29,292 nucleotides of DNA from Nitrososphaeraceae archaeon. Lineage in GTDB: Archaea; Thermoproteota; Nitrososphaeria; Nitrososphaerales; Nitrososphaeraceae. Numbering within the stretch: the first letter of the stretch is position 1; the number at the start of each line of letters is the position of its first letter. The stretch is from the NCBI GenBank assembly GCA_035297365.1, contig DATGZA010000027.1, positions 1 to 29,292 on the forward strand, in the 5' to 3' direction. Of the stretch, positions 29,042-29,292 are shown piece by piece. The translations under genes were made by a program, and so were the position numbers. The notes under the pieces are model-generated. The model saw nothing but the letters and a program-made list of their open reading frames with translations. It made no database searches and was not told where the DNA came from.

Positions 29042-29292
29042 ATGACCAATAACAAGATAGTTCTGGCTTCTATCACAGTGATAGTAGCCGCAGGTCTATT
29101 GGCTTTAAGCCCATCAAACATGATAGGAAATGCACAAGCGGATATGTACGACAATCAGTATGGATACGACAACAACTATTATCAAGACGACAACAACTAT
29201 TATCAAGACGACAACAACTATTATCAAGACGACAATAACTATTATCAAGACGACAATAACTATTATCAAGACGACAACAACTATTATCAAGA
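29042..29292 (+). CDS. 5' part of a secreted protein with (DNNYYQD)n repeats, running off the right edge
   Basis: Manual translation MTNNKIVLASITVIVAAGLLALSPSNMIGNAQA-DMYDNQYGY(DNNYYQD)n; signal peptide with an AQA cleavage site. Not in the ORF track. Confidence 0.85.
   Translation, partial: MTNNKIVLASITVIVAAGLLALSPSNMIGNAQADMYDNQYGYDNNYYQDDNNYYQDDNNYYQDDNNYYQDDNNYYQDDNNYYQ
29168..29292 (+). repeat. 21-bp coding tandem repeat GACAAYAACTATTATCAAGAC, at least 6 units
   Basis: Units start at 29168, 29189, 29210, 29231, 29252 and 29273 (last one cut by the window end); only a synonymous AAC/AAT change in units 4-5. Confidence 0.97.

Noticed and set aside
29168-29292. 21-bp tandem array as a CRISPR array
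   Set aside because: No spacers; unit is a multiple of 3, in frame behind a signal peptide, with only synonymous variation; no cas genes.

Overview
AT-rich archaeal chromosomal segment. The rps26e gene, PIN-ATPase-KH (PINA), archaeal-type CDP-alcohol phosphatidyltransferase and TATA-type promoters, together with the style of the secreted proteins, point to an ammonia-oxidising thaumarchaeon (Nitrososphaeraceae, Nitrosocosmicus-like; inference). Core genes are an aldo/keto reductase, PINA, pheA, tatD, a flippase, a PIG-L deacetylase, pgsA, rps26e, an NAD kinase-HTH fusion and pyrG. They are interleaved with two accessory zones. Zone 1 (about 5.3-16.8 kb) holds two large secreted proteins built from the same modules, one carrying a purple-acid-phosphatase domain. 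An orphan ZnuA-like protein lies between them, and an unannotated ZnuA pseudogene lies nearby. Zone 2 (about 22.9-29.3 kb) holds a beta-propeller protein, a decayed IS630 element, a minimal alkyltransferase and a small HExxH protein. It also holds a tandem ynfA pair with mirror-image charge bias (candidate antiparallel heterodimeric transporter) plus an upstream palindrome and hairpin, an inverted 9-bp iteron-like array, and a secreted protein with (DNNYYQD)n repeats running off the end. No rRNA, tRNA or CRISPR array was recognised. All family calls come from motif recognition by eye; no searches were run.
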